DNA of 62,457 nucleotides, filler included, from Sphacelaria rigidula (lineage: Eukaryota), in NCBI GenBank assembly GCA_964200075.2. It is 7 parts of 7 records of this genome, joined end to end, with 100 filler letters (N's around TTAATTAATTAA, not from the genome) between each part and the next. Parts side by side here need not be neighbours in the genome. Positions count along the whole stretch, not along the records: positions 44,688 to 53,523 come from CAXNAA020009984.1; positions 53,624 to 62,457 come from CAXNAA020009985.1; 5 more parts are not named here. One strand, 5' to 3'. The position numbers and the translations under genes are program-made. Positions 49,485-61,625 of the stretch are shown here, one piece after another. Each line of letters begins with the position of its first letter. Positions within the stretch are counted from its first letter, which is position 1. The notes beneath the pieces are model-generated. The model worked only from the letters and a program-made list of their open reading frames with translations, was not told the origin of the DNA and made no database searches.

Positions 49485-52050
49485 CTTGAGGGGCTTGACT
49501 TTCTGCCGCAGACTTCCTATGAGTTTGGCGGGGTCTCTGGTAGCAAGAATCATTCGCACACCTGCCCCTCCCGTACCTCCGGCCTCGACCAGTGAGTATA
49601 ATACCTGCTGAGCCTTAGCCGGTACCCTAGGATTCGTAGTCGGTCGTTTCCGTCGATCGACGGTTTGTATTAGTGGGGCACATTAGGGACGGGGGGTTGG
49701 AAGGTGAGAGGTCGTCAATCGACACCGTGGCCCTCTCTCGTTGGTTGGGTGTTCTTCGAACCTGTTCATATGAGTGCTGCATCATATTTGCGGTTGAGTG
49801 ACTCCTAATCTTATCCTACTCGTGTGGTACACCGTGAACTAATTACGCTTGAACCTAGCAGGAGACAACTTGCAGCCTGGACAGTGTGGCGGGCTTGCGT
49901 ATACCACACGCTGAGTGTGGCCCACACTGTGTGTGTGGGGGCGTGTGGGCGGATCCCTACGGTTTGCCTCGATATTCATCCCAAGAGTATTTGTAGTCTG
50001 CACCCACAAACAGAATCGACACCTCGCAAGGGGTTGTGAACCCCGGCGGTGCGAACAACCGTCCTATGTGAGATTATATTCCACGGTTTGTGAGGAGCAT
50101 AAGTTAGGAGCACGGGTAATATCATTCTTGCTGCTTGGCACCGGGAATCCGTAACGCACTTTTCCAACCCATCAACCACCACAAAGCGGGGCACGATATC
50201 GGATAGGCGATCTTTCTTGAGAGAGAAGAACTTCTTAGCGCGAGCGGTCGCCTCCTTGGGCGATATCGAGAGCTCCTGAACAGCGAGGCAAAAACAAGCG
50301 GTAAAAACAGTAAGCGAACACGCGAAGGGTCGGTACGCTTTGTCTTTCCTTGGTTGCAACCTCATCAATCATCCATTTCGCGTGGCCCATGTTCTAGGTT
50401 TTAACGTTTTTTCGATAGTGTGCGTCCTTCAGTTTCCGTGCGACTTGGACGCAGAAAGTTAGCATGTCCGTGGAACGGATTGGCACTAGCCGGTGGACGC
50501 AGTTGTATGATAGCTAGGTGGTGGTAACAATCTTCAACTATACCCTACGAGCTACACACGCGGAGCAAATGCAACAGATTCAGTACCGCAAAGAAGCTGG
50601 CCAAATAGATACAGCTACGCTGCGCCCAGAATTAACGCCGCATAGCTTCTTTGCGCCTACTGCAGATCTCGGTCTGCTCAACGACGAACGGAAATACGCT
50701 GACTACCGTAGGTGTCGGTTTGTGCTTGCTGAATTCAAATTGACCTCTGTTACGACGATACGACACATGGTACGACATGTTTGCGTGGCCTACGATCCGA
50801 TCTGAGCTTTGGTAGAGGCAATATAGCTTACCCAAGTAAGGTTGCAGTTTTCTGCGCATCCAAAAAGGCTGCTTCATTGCAGGCGAAATTTGATTTCTTG
50901 ATAGCGATGTGGAACTGCTTACCGCTGGGGTGATGTCCAGCACCCGAGTGCGGTAGAGGCGAGTGAAGGCGGCCGAAGTGGACACGAACGGCTCCAAGAA
51001 CTCCGAAAAAAACGCCTACATTCAGTGATCGCGGGTGTGCGCAGCGCAGCCGGATTGTGCGATGGTAACTGCGTCGTCAATAGTTGTTGAGCATGATGAT
51101 CGCTTATCGACGCAGTGGTATTATGGCTGTCCGCGAGCACGATGGGGGAACTATGAGGTGGAAAACCACAATCATAAGCACAATGCACATGGTGCCAAAG
51201 TGTGGTTTTGGGCATGGCATGACTGACGGAAAATATTGTGGACAAAATTTCGCCCGTATACCGCTATCGACGCAACGTCGAAGCAACCTCGAGGTTGCAT
51301 GGAATGTCGCCTGCAGTGACATAACTGCTACCATACCCGTGTTTGTGCTTAGCTTTATGGAAAGGAAACGGCTGTAATGGGAACACGTTCGTCACGTACG
51401 CTACGGGACGTTCTTACTGTTGTGTTGGAAGCAACTAACGAGGTTTTGACCTCTTCAGCGAGGTGCATTTGTTCGATCTACAGTAGGCGGCAGAGCACAC
51501 GCATTTTATGCTTGAAGAGCGTGGGCGGTACAATGACGGTGACGTTGACCAAACCGGAACGCACTGAAGGTACCTCGATCAACGCGCTTTTCCCGGCTCC
51601 ACTGGGGCCGTGCAGAATGATGTTTTTGGCCATGAGTCCTTCCGTTACATACTGGAGCAGGTTGCGGACAGTCCTGCCCCGCCGTAGAATGAGAGAGGGG
51701 CGGAGACAACCGTAGATCTCTCGTTTGGTTTCACGATGTGAAGGATGTTTGTGGAGAGCAGTGACCCTGTATTGAATACTTCGCGAGAGAGGAACATGAC
51801 GGTACGGTTCCTAGAGCTCCACATACGTACCGTGCGAACGGTGACTAGAACAAAACATGACGACACACACACACTCACTCACACACACACGAGTCCTGGT
51901 GGGCCGTAACGGTTTATATATCGGGCACACAAAATGAAAAGTGAATAGTGGTCATCCGCACGTTGCTGTCCCCCTTTTACCTCTTGCATTCGCGCTATTG
52001 GCTGGTCTCTTTCTATCAGGGGATCCGTCGACACAAAGGAAGTCCTAACT
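49485..52050 (-). CDS. Divergent RFC-like (clamp-loader clade) AAA+ ATPase; exons 51673-51574, 51015-50923, 50275-50160, 49626-49485 and probably about 52050-51960; gene incomplete
   Basis: Four GT-AG, phase-compatible exons splice to TVRNLLQYVTEGLMAKNIILHGPSGAGKSALIE-AFFSEFLEP...LYRTRVLDITPA-ELSISPKEATARAKKF...RFVVVDGLEK-VPAKAQQVLYSLVE...VRMILATRDPAKLIGSLRQKV. This is collinear with the RFC small-subunit boxes (Walker A, VLELNAS, IILDEAD, AQ.ALRR..E, RF.L.CN..KII..IQSRC). Confidence 0.75.
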
Positions 52051-52079
52051 AAGAAATATCTTGACACGTATAGGCTTGT

Positions 52080-52530
52080 TCACGCTTATAAACATAAAAC
52101 ATCCACCCTCGCCCGCAAACCTTCACGCCGTTTTCAGGAGTGAGACCCTGACATTTCGGACAGTTTGCTATGGGTCATTATGCAACTTTCAAAGGTCGAG
52201 TTTGTTTTGGATCTTCACTTCTTTCACCTTTTTTCGGGGGTCACACGGTATGGGTGAAAACTTGGATCCCGTCGGAAACCCGAAAAAGGGTAAAAACGAC
52301 AAAGACTGGGAAATTCGAGTAACGATGCACAGCACATTTGTACGAAATTTTAGTGTCTAACTGCTACAACGGCGTGAGGTTTTGCGCGTTCGTGCTCTTC
52401 AGCTGCCCATGGCGGTCAGTATAATGTAATGTATGCGGGTATTGGGTAGGTATTGCGAAAGATATTTGCTAATGACACAATTTGGGTGATACGCGTGAAC
52501 CAACCTGTATGGTCCAGAAAATACACCAGG
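52080..52530. mobile_element. Non-autonomous DNA-transposon-like repeat; inverted homologous segments at about 58810-59230 and 59450-59760
   Basis: Shared strings (gtcagtat.at..atgtatgcg, gtgaacca.cctgta, atgggtcatta.gcaa, ca..atttgt.c.aa.tttag..tctaact) occur on two different contigs. Confidence 0.6.
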
Positions 52531-54079
52531 ATTAGGGCTGTTCTCGACGATGGAAAACAGATCAATTTCCCCCATTTTTTCTTGTTAATATTCTTCAATG
52601 CACATGTTTTCCATGGCAATTGTGATTTCTATTTCCAGATTTGAAGCATTCGCAGCACTGATACTGCACAGAGCACGACTGCGCAGCAAATAGAGATGGC
52701 TTTGATTATCTTTGGGGTCATCATGGTGACATCAAACGGTGGATCCTGAAAAATGGGGTCGATCTCAAAAGTGAGGTTCAAGGGGCATATCTGTTTTGCA
52801 GAGATGACGCGAAACAGTCACACAGAGCGAAACCATATTTCCCACCAAAATCCTGCAGCAGTGGATCAGTTGCGGCGAAAGGCACCGAACGAATGCGGTG
52901 TACACGCGTGTCGATGACGATATCACCAGAGAGAGAATCCATGACAGAGGAAACTCCTCGCCCGTGTCTTTTGTGTGCCCTCGCTCGGCGATTACCAATC
53001 GCTCGAGAGACTGGCATCATGCATGTTACCAGCACGTACCCAATTTCTCATGTGCCGGTAGGTATGTTATTATATTGCTGCGCACAGCCCCCATAGAACA
53101 TCGAGCTGCGGAGAGATTTCGTCGCTTCTTGTCTCTGGAGCTCACCAATGCGAAGATCGATTCCTCCCTGCCTCTCTTTCTGGACAGGACGCGCCTCTGT
53201 ACGCTAAAAAACATGTCGTTGAAAAACAGGGCAATGTTTCCGTCATCGTCACTGCTGTTCTCTGCCACACACACATGCCAGCAAGGACGGTGCGCTGCGG
53301 CAAAAATAACATATCCAATTTAAACTTGGGGGGTGTTATTCATCGTTGATTTTACCCGACATGACATATGTGACCATCCCGGTGTCAGACCACAAGAGCC
53401 TGCCACAGGCCAGTTGGGGAGGGGGGGGGGGGGGGGGGGAGAAAAAACAAACACTTGGGGGGGCCTTTTTGGCGGTCGGGGTGGAAAAAGAAACCCAGGG
53501 GGGGGGCCCAAGTTTTGGTAGCGNNNNNNNNNNNNNNNNNNNNNNNNNNNNNNNNNNNNNNNNNNNNTTAATTAATTAANNNNNNNNNNNNNNNNNNNNN
53601 NNNNNNNNNNNNNNNNNNNNNNNATCTGTGCTCCGTCCCGACTTTGTAGGGATGCGAGGTCAATGGTCTTATGACTATGACATGCATGATGATGTGTACA
53701 CCCCTCCCATTGCTCAGTCTCGAGAGGGATGCGTGGTCAGTGATCAAACATCTAAGGCAAGCAACAAATGAGTATGCCCCCTCACCTCATTTTCGCTCGC
53801 TCCGTCTCGAATGGGATGCGTGGTCAATGGTCAAACGATCAAGGCAAGGAACGAATGAGTACCCCCCCCCCCACACCCTCCATCTCGCTACGTACTCGTC
53901 CCATCTAGCTTTATAGAGCAAGACTAGATCCACTGTATCCCCCCAGATGCACGACATGCCCCGTTAACCTCAACAGAGTAAGAATATATTGCCTGGGCAC
54001 CCGCAGCCGTGGGTAAGATGAGAGTGCACCTACTATTCGTGGATTCCTCGTTGTTTGACTAACCAGCAACACCCTAAAC

Positions 54080-57000
54080 CTGTGCGTGGGAGCAGCCGAA
54101 GGCGTCAAGCCCCTTGAGTTGGTGGCAGTTCCTGCCCAACTGAAGCAGCGCTCGATCTCCATACTCCCCTACCCGCTCGCAGTTGCTGATGTTGAGGTAC
54201 GTCAATGAGGTGCACAGCTTGGCCAATTCTGCGACTCCAGTGTCGCTCACATGCGAACATCCTTCCAGCGAAAGAGACCTCAAGTCCCTGGCGAGGCCAG
54301 TGACAAAAATAAAACGACCAATGATGAGGTGTGACCGCTGTTGGAGATAGTCTGCATCCGTTCAAACCCTTTTGTATCTATCCCTTGTCCTAATGGGCAA
54401 CCACAGTGAAAAATCAGACGAGGATATTCAGAGCGAACTAACAGAAGCAGGTTGCCAAGCCAAAACTTAATTGGGAAGCACGCGCGCTAGGATTTCAAAA
54501 CATAATATGTTATCTTGACCGGCACTAATAGTGGGGTAAACTGTCGCCGCACGTTCGGAAAGCATTCGGAGGACTCCCGATATTCGCGAGAGTGCTGGTC
54601 ACAGCGGTTGGTCGTATTTGTTCGTCGCTCGAGCTCTGATCTACGAGGAACTGTTACGCCCGGTTCGTTGGCGAGATATGGCTTACAACTTGAGGCATAC
54701 CCGGTGCGGGCCAGGCTGAACAAAAGCATGTCTTGTGCCTCAAGTCGACATTGGTGTGGTACAAGGTACGCTTGTGTGTTCATGTGACATCAGACGAAGG
54801 CGGTGTTCGGAGCCTATATTTCGAGTTTGTTCACGCCACCCTCGCGTCGTTTCATAAGTTTCCGGATACGTGGGCTATCTGCGGTGTTACTGAGATACAA
54901 AACTCTTGTGCAAAAAGTGTGCAGGATGCCGTAACGTACAAGGCCGCATGGCCTTGCACAGCGTTCAAGTCAGGCGATGAGTCATTGTGAAATCGTGTGC
55001 AACACAAGTACCACTACCATGGTAACGTCCCCGTCACGGAAACTTCGCTCACCAACATCCCCCGCCGATCACTCGGAGTCCCAAGTCTGTGAGTCGCGTG
55101 CAACCTGCAAAATCTAGCAATTCCATATTTCTGCAGCAAATCGCAAGGGATCTTAGGCCGATGTTTGTGATCCCGTGGCAGCCGCTCACGTTTAGTTCCC
55201 GCAGAACCAAGGTATGCCTCGCAATGCACCACAATCCCACGTCCGTAACCTGTTGGTTGTATGCCATGTACAGGTGTGCTGAGCACGAGGGAATGATGTG
55301 ATCGACGATATAGTACCTCCCCATAATTGCGCACCGTTCCCAAGGAGATTCACGGAGGGGCGGCGTAGCCCGGAATATATTGCGAGCACTTGAAATACCA
55401 GCATTGTGTGCGTAATGCAACTGTGTTCAAAATGGGTGGTTGGGGGGGGGTTCACTCAGTTTTCCCTCTCGCGCCGAATACTCGACAAGTCCGGGCGCGC
55501 ATCCATGAAGATCGTCCTGTGGGAATACGACACAGGACTCAGAGCATGGATGTTTCCCCATTGATGTAATATCAACGGTCATGTAGATCAGTCATCCTAC
55601 GATAGGGGGGGGGGGAATTTTGGGCCACTTCTTGCACGAATTTCCGAGTCAAATCGTCGTTGAAAGTAGCAACGGCTGTTCACACGAGCTTGTTATAGAT
55701 AAGTAACGCTTATTCATATCGATCGACACCGTTTTGAACCAAATACGAGCACACCGCGAGTGTGACAGGTCGTCTGACACACTTATGAGCCTCTTTTTTC
55801 GTGCAATCAAATACCCCCCCCCCCCCTATCGTAGGATGACTCGGATATCATGTATAACCAGCACGGCATTCAACTCAGCGCCACACAGGCAGCGGTTCCT
55901 CCGTCCCCTGCCCGATGTTTCCCACGGGGATACCTCTTGGCATTGGCGCAAGCTCAGTCCGATCATATCCGGGCGAAGCTTGCAAACTTCCTGAACAACC
56001 GCGTCAGTCACGGGTCGACCAATTTCCGTTTGATGCACGTGAAGATCCTGCGTGTGCAACACGGTGAGAACATGCCGACCAGCCCAGAAGGGGACGGAAA
56101 TACTCTCAAATTTACAGAAGTATGTGCCAGCGTTAAGACGAGGAAGCCGAACAAATACAGTAACGATTTTCGATCGTCGTAAGCCACGAGCGGGTATGTG
56201 AAATAATATTAAAAGACAACGCGCGTGGTGCGGCTTTAGTTCGTGATGCCTCCCGATAATCAGCATCGCAACACGGCGTCTGTCAGATGTCAACACAAAT
56301 CCATTGAATATACTGGACGACACCACGGCGTAGCACAACGTGTAGTGAAGAACCGAAGGTGGGTACCCAAAGTTAAGTTGCAGGCACCCGCAACTAAAAC
56401 GCGATGGTCGAGGTTTCCTTCAAGATAATATTCTATGCAGACGATCCCGAGGTCAGTATATGGTAGACCAAACGAAGAAAAATGCGTCGGCCAAGACAAC
56501 CATACGCCGCTATCTAACCCTGTGCACACGATGAAGCGAGCCTGCACTATTACCCCGGAGCGAAAGCGTCTCACCAAGCGCTTCTTAATGGAACAGTCCC
56601 GCCCTTCCAGAAAGTTCAGCAGGAAGGACCGAACGGACGCCACTTTCCCCCGTTCTTCCTCGATGAGCTTCGCCGCCCTGCTCAACTTTTTCTCGTCCCC
56701 GGCATTCTCTTCTTCCCCCACATCATCATCTCCACCACCACAACGACGACCGGCATGGGTGCCCCGAGTAGCCGCAACCCTTGGCAAACTTTCCCCGTAA
56801 GCAGCACTACCTACTGTCGCGTGTGACCCGCTGACAAACTCTCGTTTGCTTTGATGTTTCAGACCGTCGTGGGGAATGAGAGGAAATTGCGCGCTAGTTG
56901 AGGTGCCTCCGCGGTAGTGGCGACATGGATCCGGAGTAAGTGGTCGGGTTTTGTCGAAATCGATGGTCACCTCTGGCGGAGTCGCATAGTGGAATGGTGA

Positions 57001-57240
57001 TGGTGTTACTTGTGCTTGTTGGCTCCATTCCAGGGGTGTATTCGGCAAAGACGTATCTTTTGACATTCTCTTCCGCTTGCACGTGGTCGTTGTAGAGGTC
57101 AGGGGCGAAGAAAAGCTCGAGAAATGCGTCTTCGAAGGAGCGGGACGCAGCGACCGAAGGCCGTGATCGGTGTGACTGTCGTTGTTTTTGTGGTGGTCTC
57201 GTTCTTCGTTTTCAAGGGTTATCAGGTTGGCCGCGGTCAT
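54080..57240 (-). CDS. Cysteine-containing LRR protein (FBXL/AMN1-like); exons 57240-56575, 56047-55934, 55249-55053 and 54287-54080; 3' part missing
   Basis: ATG start, GT-AG phase-compatible exons and LRR_CC repeats such as VTDVGLWCIARHTLVLRELNVSGCHGITNIGLRSLAICCRNMELLDFAGCTRLTDLGL and LRSLSLEGCSHVSDTGVAELAKLCTSLTYLNISNC. Confidence 0.9.
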
Positions 57241-59454
57241 AATTTTTATTTTGCCGACGCAATGCCGTTAGGTTTCCGTTAAAGTACAACACATGAGATC
57301 AGCTGCATGCCATCCTCCGTGCAACTTCAGCTTCCCCTCATTGAGTTAATTCCTCTTCAGTTCCGTGCTGATGTACAGTCTGTGCTGCACACGTACCTCG
57401 GTCGAACATTTAATGTGCACTGTTGATCGAAAACGACGTCGCAGTAATCTGCTCTCGGCCACGCAACCACCTTTACACCGTAGCAAGGGAAGCATAGATA
57501 GACAATTGTGTAGAGTGAAGGGACGCGGGGGCTACAATCAGGTCATTGTTTGGTTCGCGGTGTCACGGACACGAGTTAATACGGGATTACCTCCGTGCGG
57601 GGTGATTACCTGGGGAAGTCTGAATGAACCAGTACTATTTCCGCCGCCGTGACATCAAATACTCATGTACCATTCCAAGAAATACACCCTAAAGTCGTTA
57701 TCTATTTGTATGTTTGCGCTTTGTGAAGTTGCAGTTTTTGTCGCCCTGCTTCTGGCATCTTGCCGGTAGTGATTACACGCTGTGGTCCCCAATGATTTCA
57801 CGAGGAGATACTCGTCCTCGAAAGATGCGACCCTTCCCTGTCTTCATCACTTCTAAGGTCATTATCGTATCCGTTTTAGCGGCGGGATGGTGGATTTACA
57901 TGGCAGAATCGTGGGCTGTATCTTCAACTTCCGGCTTTTCTGGTGCTGGTTTTGTTGAGCGGGGTACCGTCACACGGGGGGGGCAAGGGCACGCGCACGA
58001 GAGGACAAACAGCGACAGGTTACCCGGCGCTCTAGGTACTTGGAATCGGAGTGGCACGCGTGTTCCTAGCGCACGTTCGTCTGTTTGTGTACATGTTACG
58101 CTTTGTCTGATGGCTCGCATTTGCCTTCTCCTACTCGAAACCTGCCGCTCTTCCTGGTCAGGCGCAGTCTGTGTCATCAGGTTGTTTGCATGTTGGTTAC
58201 TGTGTCACCACTGCTGAGAGCTGGGCATTCGAGCAATACCCACACGTATAGTGTTGCACCTGATGAAGTATAAAGTGAAATATCACCCGTTACAAGTGAG
58301 GTGCAACGTAGTCAAGATTTGAATACAGCACCCAATCACGAAGATGCCGATGTCAACCAACAACGATAGAGCATATAATTGCAGTACGTGCTCAACAGAA
58401 TTCTGGATCGATTCCGGTAACGACAGCTTCCAAGCTGGCGATGAAATATCATTTCAAACAGCGGACGGGAGATGCGGATGTTCGCATCAGCCTCGACGTC
58501 AATTTCCAGTTTGGTGTCTGGAACGCGTGTGGGATACAACACCCGCTCTGTAGTCCGATGTTTGCTGTCACTACGCACGCAAGTAAAATTTATTCGCAGC
58601 TGTCATGTAAATCCAAGATTGTGCAGATAACCCCGCAAAATTTTGCGATGACTCCAGGTCGTGGTGGCGACTCCACCCCCAGCTCATCAAATCACGGCAG
58701 ATGTGCCATCAAATCAGGACGTAATGAAACGGGTAGCTGCTGGTCTTGGCTTTTCACGAGTGATGGAGTTGTCTCAATCGGGGCCGTGTGAGTGGAGATG
58801 CCATTATTCCTGGAGATTTACAGGCTGGTTCACGCAAAAGACATCAGCAAATGCCTTCTCCAATACGCAACCAATAATCGCATACATGGTATCATACTGA
58901 CCGCAATGATCAACAGACGAAGAGGGTGAGATGGCCGGATTTTTGTTCGAGGCTACAGCGGTGGCGCTATGGACAGACATGTGTCTCGATCAATCAGCGC
59001 CTTTCAAATTGTTCCGAAATTTAAAATACGAATTCCAAGTCCAATTTCCACTGAATCTCCACATGCTTCAAATGGTAGTGACCGTAATCACCTCAGGAGT
59101 TAGAACCTGAAACTTTGCACAAATGTGCCATGAATCATTACGCACGTTTCGATCAGCGAGGTTTTTCTACTTCTTGAGTTTTTTACCGTTTTTCGGGGGT
59201 CCGACGGTATCCCAGTCGTTTTTTCGAAGTCGTCCATTCTGGGACCCCGGACAACCGGCACTACGATATTTTCTTCATTATTTTCGCGAACGCTATGTCG
59301 CCGCAATGCCCAAGGAAGAACCCCACGAAGTTTCGTGGCCAAACTCGACTAACGGGTGCTTGGATATTCATATTCACGTCAAAGGAAGCCCAGAAACGCC
59401 ATTTTCGTCCTAAAATTTAGTAGTTTGCCGTTTCACCTTGGCACGACAAGGTTC

Positions 59455-59760
59455 ATCGCACAAACGCGAAAAACTTCACACCGTTTTGAGGAGTTAGACC
59501 CCAAAATGTTGCACAGGTGTTTCATGGGTCATTACGCAACTTTGAATGAACGAGGTTTTTTTTTCCGTTCTTACCGTGTCACGGGGGTCCGACTGGATCG
59601 AAGTTTCCGAAAAAACTGGAACCCCGGAAAAGCGGTGAAAAAGCCAAAGTAGTATAAAAAAAACTCGACATTAGAATTTTGCGTAATGACCCATAGAACA
59701 CCCGAGCAAAAATTCAGGTTCTACCTCCTTAAAATGGCGTGAAGTTTTGCCGATGAGTGT
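59455..59760. mobile_element. MITE-like fold-back with inverted arms of about 100 bp (59455-59555 and 59660-59760)
   Basis: aaaacttcacaccgttttgaggag...ggtgtttcatgggtcattacgcaa pairs with ttgcgtaatgacccatagaacacc...ctccttaaaatggcgtgaagtttt. Confidence 0.7.
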
Positions 59761-59774
59761 TTTTTGGGCCTTTT

Positions 59775-60630
59775 CCGTGAGCCAGCCTGTAGTGAGGACC
59801 TGTCTCAGCACTTTTTTTTCCGATCGAAAAAATGGGGCGGTGGAATCGATCTCAGCGAAAAATTCTCGTCTTGACGCAGTTGGGTGCACATGGATTTTCA
59901 AGCTTTCGATCCAAAAAAATACAGTGAAAGCGTGAAACAGTACATGGTCACTCTTGTACAGTACAGACAGGCGGTACTGTCTGCAGTGCTTCCAAGCAGG
60001 GTGCGTTGAGTGCGTGTGTGTGTTTCCTGCAGGAAAATATAATGGAGAAGCCGGCAACGTGTAGTGCAGACAGCCTAGGACTATCATTTCTCTCTGCTTA
60101 CAATGCGATGTGAAAAGGACTTCAGCAACGTGCAGCTTTGTGCGGCCTGCATTCTCCATGAGCGTGCACGCCACTCGGTTGCCCACCCTACCACGCACTT
60201 CCGTCCCTGACGCCCACCATGAGAGAAGATGTGCAAGCTTTCGCCAACAAGAAATAAACAAAGCACACCCGACTACTGCAGTATACCTATCCCTGTGCTC
60301 AACTCGTGCTCTATGCTGCAGGGTTGCGGTGGTGGCTGAGAATGAGCTGGATGGAGTTTGCATGGTCGTGTGAACAGGTGTTACTTGGCGTGGTGGTCTG
60401 TAAGATAGGAGTCAAGTGCCGCTTCGTGCCTTTCGACCGCATGTTTTCGATCGAAAACGATTGTTTTTTACCACATTGCATTCTTATCCGCGCGCCGCTA
60501 ATTATAATTTTGAGTTGAAGCCTTCAAGCAACATAAATGCGGTGGACCTATGAGATCGGCCAAAAAAAATCGACCGCACTTTTTCGATCGAAAAAAAGGT
60601 GCTTAGACAGGCCCTGAGACAGGAAAGATG
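59775..60630. mobile_element. Possible non-autonomous TIR element; inverted termini at about 59775-59855 and 60550-60630
   Basis: cctgtctcagcacttttttttccgatcgaaaaa...gatctca pairs with tgagatc...ttttcgatcgaaaaaaaggtgcttagacagg. Confidence 0.5.
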
Positions 60631-61304
60631 CGGTCGAAAATCTGAGTAGGAGCAACATGATGATCACGGTGGTTTCGCCGCAGGTTACTTTTGCTGGCGA
60701 ATCGAGGCTCCGTAAGTCGCGTCGTAGCTTACTTCGGATATGTCTGGTGTCTCTTGCACCTGAAACAGATACAGTACGCGGCGTTTTTTGTGCTTGTTCG
60801 ATACTGGCATGGCGTCGCAAAACGGCTTCCTTCCACGTTTGAAAGGGAATACAACATGAACGGTACCATAGCTGAATATCGCACTTCGCGTGGAAGATGA
60901 CCGTCACCTGGTGCCACTCTATCTTGTTTGTCCTCACTCACAGTCGAAGGAGAGTATCGCAATACCATACCACACCCAAGTTCCGCCGTATCCATGTACT
61001 TCGCCAACTACGCGGTCTGTGGGGCAGCAAATCGCACTTTTGATTCGAGAAATGTTTTGAGAGTTGCTTGGGTGGATACACGAGCCGGTCATACTCTCAC
61101 CGCATAGATGAGCGATTTTCCATGCCCGCTCCCTCAGAACCACATGCACCAGTACAGGATAGGACAGCGTGCAACACACGTGACAGAATACAGCACTTGA
61201 CCATTGCTAACCATCTAAACATCATGGATCGTGGAGCTACCCGCGCTCGTAGTTTGAGTGTCGTTCTGTCTTGCCTGTCTTTGCCCTGCGTACTTCCCTG
61301 TAGC

Positions 61305-61625
61305 CGCCGCGCCCCGGTGATGTAATGGTCAGACTGTCGCCAATATGGTGGAGAGAACGAGAGTTCGATTCCCGATGCGTTGGGTTTTTTCTTCGTAATG
61401 TCAGATTTCCCCCGTGGAAAGCGTGAGAACGTGAGTAAGCAAAATAGTCGACTGAGTTTGTTTGACATGAGTTGACGCGGTGCGGGAGTGCTGACGCAAT
61501 CCGCGAGATCAAAATGCAAGGCGTTTACCGGGGGAGAGATGTGATAGTCCCTTGAAACCACGGACTCTACTCGCCCCGAGGAAGGGGGGAGATTCAAAGT
61601 GCGAAAAATAATAATTGAAAAAAAA
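61305..61625 (+). mobile_element. tRNA-derived SINE-like element (most complete copy in the window)
   Basis: The head has an A-box-like GTGATGTAATGGT and a B-box GTTCGATTCCC. The body is shared with 12250-12675 and ends in an A-rich tail. Confidence 0.7.

Noticed and set aside
28518-52050. A functional cluster linking the TPP1-like gene, the reverse transcriptase element and the RFC-like gene
   Set aside because: They sit on three different, artificially concatenated contigs, so their proximity is not evidence of linkage.
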